Under the pieces are notes generated by a model. It saw only the letters and a program-made list of their open reading frames with translations, did no database searches and had not been told where the DNA came from. This document shows positions 58,001-64,000 of a stretch of 64,000 bases of DNA, in pieces (the first letter of the stretch is position 1; every line of letters starts with the position of its first letter). Location: positions 1,054,001-1,118,000 of the forward strand of contig LSRY02000025.1 in NCBI GenBank assembly GCA_001643675.2, written 5' to 3'. Origin of the DNA: Monocercomonoides exilis PA203 (Eukaryota; Protista; Preaxostyla). The position numbers and the translations under genes are program-made.

Positions 58001-60166
58001 CTCCTCCGATTCTCCTTCCTCTTCTTTATCTTCTTCCCCATCCTCCTCTCCTTCTCCTTCCCCCTCATCCTCTCCCTCACTCGAGAACAACATCCCTCCC
58101 TCAGCCATCCTCCTCCAATTAGCCTCAATGCGGGGGGTGCCTCTCTACGATGCAGATATTCCTCTCCTCCGCATCTGCATCTGGGCAATTGGTGAGATGT
58201 GTGAGCTGCTTGTCTCGAGAGATTACACCCCATCGCCTGCACAGCCTGAGCTGTCACTTGGAATAGACTGCTCCATCCAGCACTTCTCAAAGCAGACAAT
58301 GAAGCCACAGTATCTGCAGAGGCGCTACGGCGGGCTGAACTTGTGGTACACACAGAAGAAGCTGATGCCATCGACAGGGAAAGAAGGGCATGAGAGAGGA
58401 GAGAGAGGAGAAAGAGGAGGAGTGCAGCCATTCACAACATCGCAGGTGTGTATGTACATCCCCATCACGTGCTTTGACCTGGTGGACTCGCTCTCCTCCA
58501 TCCTCCACTCGTCCTCTCTGCTCACCCCTGCCTCTGCCAAGTCCTCCTCTTCAGACGACGACCATCAGGACACCACGTCTTCGTCGTATGCACAGCCACT
58601 GCCAGCAACAACGCTGATGGCGCTGGGGAAGATCATGGCGAAGCCGTTCAACTTCAACACGGCGATTGAGCAAGGGGCGTTCAGAGACATGGTGGCGCAG
58701 CAGATGATAGAGCCCTTCTCGAGAGACGAGGAGTGGAGGGTGCAGGAGACAGCGTGTGAGATGGTGGCATTGGCATCGATAGACAGAGAGATAGAGAACA
58801 AGAAGTACAGGGCAGAGAGAGAAGGAGGCAGCGAGGACGAAGAGGAGGAGCAGGCTGGGGTGTGCTCGGCAGTGCTGAGGAAGATGCCGGCAGTGGAGAT
58901 GAACATGGAGAGAGAGAGCGTGAGGGAGAGGGAGAGGAAGAAGAGATGGGGAACATTTGATATTAGTGAGAGTCTACAGGATAATGACGATGACGATGAT
59001 GGCTTTGATGATTATGATGAGGAAGACGAGGAAGAGGTGGAAGAAGAGCAGGACGAGGAGAAAGATGCGAAGAAGAACAAGAAGATTGTGAAGGATGAGA
59101 AGAAGAAGGAGGTGCCGGTGCAGAAGACACAAACGCCACAGAAACGAAAGAAGCCAGAAAAGACAGAAAAGACAGAGAAAGTGGAGAAAGTGGAGAGAAT
59201 GCCGAAGGAGAAAGCGAAGACAGGAAAAGCAGGGCAGACGAAGAAAGAGAAGGAGAAAGGCGGTGCGGTTGCATCAGGAGCAGACGATGCACCACTCATT
59301 GATATCTCATCTGTGCTGAGTGACATAACATCATCGTCTTCTACTCTTCCATTATCATCATCTTCCTCTTCCTCTTCCTCCTCTTCTTCCTCTTCTGACA
59401 CATCACCTTCAACAAAATCGAGTGTGGAGGACATTCTGAAGGATCTTCAGTCCATTGCCTCCACCAGCTATCCAATGCCTGCTGCTGTTGCTCCTTCTGC
59501 TTCTTCCTCCTCTCTGCCATATCCTGTCTCTCCTTCTCCCATCAGCACACTTGTCACTCCAATCACTGCGCCTTTCACTCCAACCCCTGCCATCTCTTCC
59601 ATCCCCTCCATTCCTATCAATCCTTCTGTTCCTTCCTCTGCCCAGCCACAGATGTCTCCTCCTTCTCCGCCGACTGTCGTGTTCACTCAGAATGGCATCA
59701 CAGCCATGCTGGAGTGCATCTACCCTCTCCCTCTCCCTCCTCCTCCTCTCCCCGATGGCTCTTATGCTGCTCCTCATCCGTTTTCTGTGTGGTGCCGCTT
59801 CACATTCACCAATGCGACTGCTGCTGATGCCAATCCATTCATCTTCCAAGTGTCTTGTCCCAAGTACATCACAAAGACACTGATGACTCCTTCCTCCACT
59901 GCCCTCCTCTCAATGAACAGGAACTCAATCACTCAGACTGTCAAGTTCGACCACATACGCGATGCAGAAGTGTGCTTATTCATTGAAATTATTATGTCAT
60001 TTAACTTTATTTTTATTTTCTATTTCTATTTCTATTTTAATTTATTTCTATTTTTATGTGATTGATTCAGCATCCAACAATGATGAGAGGAAGAATCGAA
60101 TACACATTCAATGGCGTTCAGTCTTCGTCTGTTTTTGCCGTCAACGCATTTCCTACTCCTGTTTAA
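55072..60166 (+). CDS. AP1G1: AP-1 adaptor complex gamma subunit
   Basis: MSLTLK|EFALAVRAADTQAHERAIVAKESAAIRTSFK, FMHLIGYPAHF, KRLGYL, RKKAILCA, DPLLLIKLL, AVLYETVMT, DNNSRYVAL, DESIRKRA, and ear domain FQVSCPK...PSS...SITQ. Stop TAA 60164-66; about 8 introns. Confidence 0.93.
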
Positions 60167-60480
60167 CGCCTGCTCGAGTAATATTTTAAATCTATATTTG
60201 TTTTATTTTTCTATGATATTGTTGCATTATTTCTTTCCTTTTATATATTAAAACATCTTTCCCTGACCTATCGATTTTTATATTTTCATTGAAATCATCG
60301 AACGAATTTTTTATAATTTGACTTCTAATTAATTATATTTATTGCAGTCATCTTTCTTGTTTTAGATACCTAGATGATTTTTATTCAAAAATCAAATGAA
60401 AAATTTCTTCCCATAATAAATAAATATTTATTTAAGACATTGAAAAAATCCGTTATATCTCGTGATTAACGAGAGATTTT

Positions 60481-63400
60481 ATGGAAAATGAACAAAAAGC
60501 AAATGTGCTTGTTGTTGGAGATTCTTATGTAGGTAAATCATCGCTTATCTCCACTCTAGGCGCTGAAGCTTTGGAAGATATTCCAGAAAGTTTGTTTATC
60601 GTTTTTTGGTATATAATTGTGACTATTTCAAACAATAAATTATTCTAAAATATTTAAGCATTCACCTTAGCTTGTTCTCAAAATCATTTTGCAGAACTTG
60701 TGATTAATCAACCAGAAAAGGTCATTAGATTATTATTTGTTGAGGTGCGAGGTGATGAAAAGGAAATTCCTGCAGAGTTTGCGTTTTCTCTTTTCAATTG
60801 CATTGTGTTATCACTTTTTTCCGATTCTTTCAAAAGTTTGTTTCGTTTGGTGGATATTATAATGTTTGTTTATGATGTGACAAATAAACAGTCGTTTGAT
60901 TCAATAATGGCCAAATGGATTGTGATGATGGATAATTCTAAAGAAACTCCAAATGTTTTATTTCTTATTGGTACAAAATCTGACATTTCAGAAAATGTTG
61001 AAGTTACTCTAAAGGATGTTTGAATTTTTTTCACTTTTTAAAAATACTTAATTTTCATTTGATTTTTTTTTAAAAAAAAAAGGCGTTTACGTTTGCAAAA
61101 CTTAGGAGATTAACGTTCATTGAAGTCTCCAGTACTGACAAATCAAATATTCCCCTTTTGAAAAAATTTCTTATAAACGCTTCAAAGACAACCGTTATCA
61201 TTAAGGAATCAAAACTACGCATAGAAAATGAAGAAACTAGCGATGAATGTGACGAGGAGGAAGAAGAAATCGAGGAGGAGGAGGAGGAAGAAGAGGAATC
61301 AAATGAACAAGGTGCTTCAAAATCTCCAAAAAAGAAGATTGTCAGAAAAGTGATAAAGAAAAAGAAGAAACAGAAGAAGCTACAAGCAGAAGGGAAAGAA
61401 AACGAAGACGAAGATTTGACAGAAGTTGTGAGTGAGTGGGAGACAGCGACTGAAAGCGAGGCAGAAGACGAAGAAGCGAAGCCGCGAAGGCAGAAAAGAG
61501 CAGAAAAGAAGGAGAGGCAGAAAATGGAGTTTGAAGAGATTTTGACGCAGATGAAGGAGAATGTGGAGAAGACGGTGCACGAAAAGGAGATGAGGGCGCG
61601 TGTTCTGCTGGAAGCTGTGCGCCGCTATGAAGAAAAGGAGAAAGAGGAGAGAGAACAAAAAGAGGCAGAGAAAGGGGGACATGGAAGGATGTTGGATTCA
61701 GAGATGGAAGAGACGGAAGGAAGTGAAGGAGAAGGTAAAGGAAATGGAGAAAAGAAGTTGGCTAAATTAAAGAAAGGGAAAAAGAAAATCACAAAGAAGA
61801 AAAAGAAAAAGAAGAAGAAAATTGAAAGTCTGATTACTTCTGAAGATGGTGAAAAGAAAGATGAAGACGAATCAACGTTGAAGAAAGAGCTAAAAGAAAA
61901 AGGAAAGAACAAAACGAAAGGCACGGAAAGTGCAGATGATGTGCTGACTTCAAATAAAAAAGATAATGAAGAAGAGGAAGAAGAAGAGGAAAAGTCTGAA
62001 AAAGACAATGAAGATGCTCAAAATTCAGTTGTGAAAAGGAAGAAGAAGAAGAAGAAGAAAGTGTCACAGAAAGAAGATGACACTCCTTCAGAAGACAAAA
62101 CAAAGAAGAAGAAGAAAAAGAAAAAGAAGAAAACAAATCAAGCAAATTCTGAGTTGTTGGGAGAAGAATCGAACAGCGACGATGAAAGTGAGAAAAAGCC
62201 TGCTCCTGTCAGCAAGAATCCCTCTCAGCCATCTGTTGGCTCAGCATCTGCTGTGTCGAATATGACAGCCAAGCAGAAGTTGCTGGAAGAAATAAGACAA
62301 CTGGAAGAAGAAAACAGAATGCTGAGTGAAGGGCAGCCTATATCTGAGCCAAAAAAGATCACAAAGAAAAAAAAGAAAGCCAAAAAATTGCGATCAGAAC
62401 AATCGAATGGTGTTGGATGCAATTCTTCTGAAGACACACAGGAAAATGCATGTGCATTGCGATGTAATGTAGAAGAGAATGACAACATGCAAATGTCTTA
62501 TCAATCAACAGCAAATGAAGCAGACGGAATCTCAACACCTTTCGCTTCTATGCCATCTTCATCGGCTTATCCTCCTCTTTCTTCTCCCTTCTCTCCGCTG
62601 TCCAAAGAGCAAGAGGCAGCACGTAACAATCCATTAGCTCTGCAGCAGCTGGAGATTGAAGACTCTTCTGGTGGCTGGCCATCAACTCGGCAATCGCTGA
62701 CAGCATCCTCTTCCTCTTCTGCTCTGTCTGCTCTGGCTTCTCCCTCTCTCTCACCCAGCCATTTGCCTTCTTCTCCCTCCCTCAGTAGCCCCCCACCTCG
62801 CCACATAAGACTCTCTCTTGTTGATGGGAAGCAGCACAGGGCAAAAAGCATCAGATACTACGACGCCTCTCTTTCAGCAACAACTCGGTCAGCTTCTTCG
62901 CAGCTGCGTGCCTCTCACACAAAGAATACCTACTCTCCTTCACACAATGCACATGACCCATCCAGTTCTCACTCTCGTCTCCCTTTCTCTTCCACATTCT
63001 CTGCCTCTTCTCGCCACAGCCACACTGCCTCGTCGCCAGCACTTTCATCAACCATTTCATCCCGCTCTTCCACTTCGTTTTCGTGTGCGCCTTCTTCAAA
63101 GTTCTCCACGTCATCTCATTCGCCTTCAGCTCGCACTTCATCTTCTGCACCTCGCTCAACAGCTGCCTCAAAGGATGCTTCTCAATTGCATCCTTCTTCC
63201 ATTCAGAATCTATCCCAATCTGCTTCTCCTTCTCATTCTTCTCATTCTTCTTCTTCTCCTCAGCATCCTCCTTTTCCGTCTTCTTCCTCTCCTTTTTCTC
63301 CTTCGTTTGTGGCTTCTCCCACCTCCTCATCTTCTCCTATGGCATATTCATCACACAGCACAGTTGCTGTGTTGCTGCCTCCAACTGAAGAGCAGCTGAA

Positions 63401-64000
63401 AGAGAGATTAAGAATACAAAAGACTAAAAAGTTGAATTGTTTCAATGAAGAAAAGGACAAAAGGGATAAAATGCAACCATCTTCTTCTGCTTCTTCTGCT
63501 TCTTCTTCTGCTGCTATGCCGGCCGGGTCTGCTTCTTCGATGTCTGTCAAAGATAACTTCTCGGCGAGTGCATCTTCTTCACAGAAGAAGGAGAGCATCG
63601 GAGAAACTCGAAAGGAGCAAGATTCTCCGGTGATTGGGTACATCACACTGAAGCTGTCTGCTGATGAGTACAGCACCCTCACTGTCACAGAGAATGTCAA
63701 TGCGAAGCAGATGGCACATGGGGTGTGCAGGCAGTGGGGCCTGGAGAGAGAAAACGAAGAGCAGATTATTGACAAGATAGAAGAGATACAGCAGGAATGG
63801 AGCAGAAAGAAAGAGGAAAGCAGAATGAAGCATCTTGAAAACAGACACGCGGCCTCTGGCAATGAGCCAGGAAAGGGGCAGAGTTTGTCACAAGGGTTTC
63901 CCCTTTCTCAGCTGGCAGCTTCTTCTATGCACTCTGTTTTTTCTCTCCATCTGTCATTTTCGAATGGGATGAGTGAGATTGTTCATGTCAAAGCTTCTGA
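60481..64000 (+). CDS. Divergent Rab/Ras-like small GTPase domain fused to a long extension; 3' end outside window
   Basis: VLVVGDSYVGKSSL (G1), MFVYDVTNKQSF, LIGTKSD (G4), FIEVSS (G5). Introns ~60590-60658, 60777-60836, 61018-61082; frame from 61083 appears open to 64000 (spot-checked). Confidence 0.8.

Overview
Eukaryotic protist DNA in the standard genetic code. It has short AT-rich GT-AG introns, compact genes and large poly-Ser and Glu/Lys-rich low-complexity exons. The style most resembles an oxymonad such as Monocercomonoides; this is inferred from composition and gene architecture, not from a database search. Genes in order: a partial 7TM THH1/TOM1-like gene, an ABCC transporter, RBBP4/MSI1, a FAN-like GRAM-PH-BEACH protein with no WD40 repeats, PTEN, a ~3000-aa low-complexity protein, CDC25, an ornithine aminotransferase-like enzyme, a 2609-aa beta-helix receptor-like pseudokinase, a second 7TM paralog head-to-head with AP-1 gamma adaptin, and a divergent Rab-like GTPase with a long tail. 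Two AT-rich islands (~0.7-4.3 kb and ~47.5-51.6 kb) hold several terminal-inverted-repeat (TIR) elements, including a decayed DD35D pogo-like transposon with a perfect-TIR MITE nested inside it. Best leads: the OAT-like enzyme with Ile at the Tyr85 specificity position, the pseudo-GTPase-like Rab fusion, the receptor pseudokinase, the 7TM paralog pair sharing intron positions, and the young GGG...CCC MITE flanked by ATAT. Exon boundaries were read by eye and need RNA-seq confirmation.
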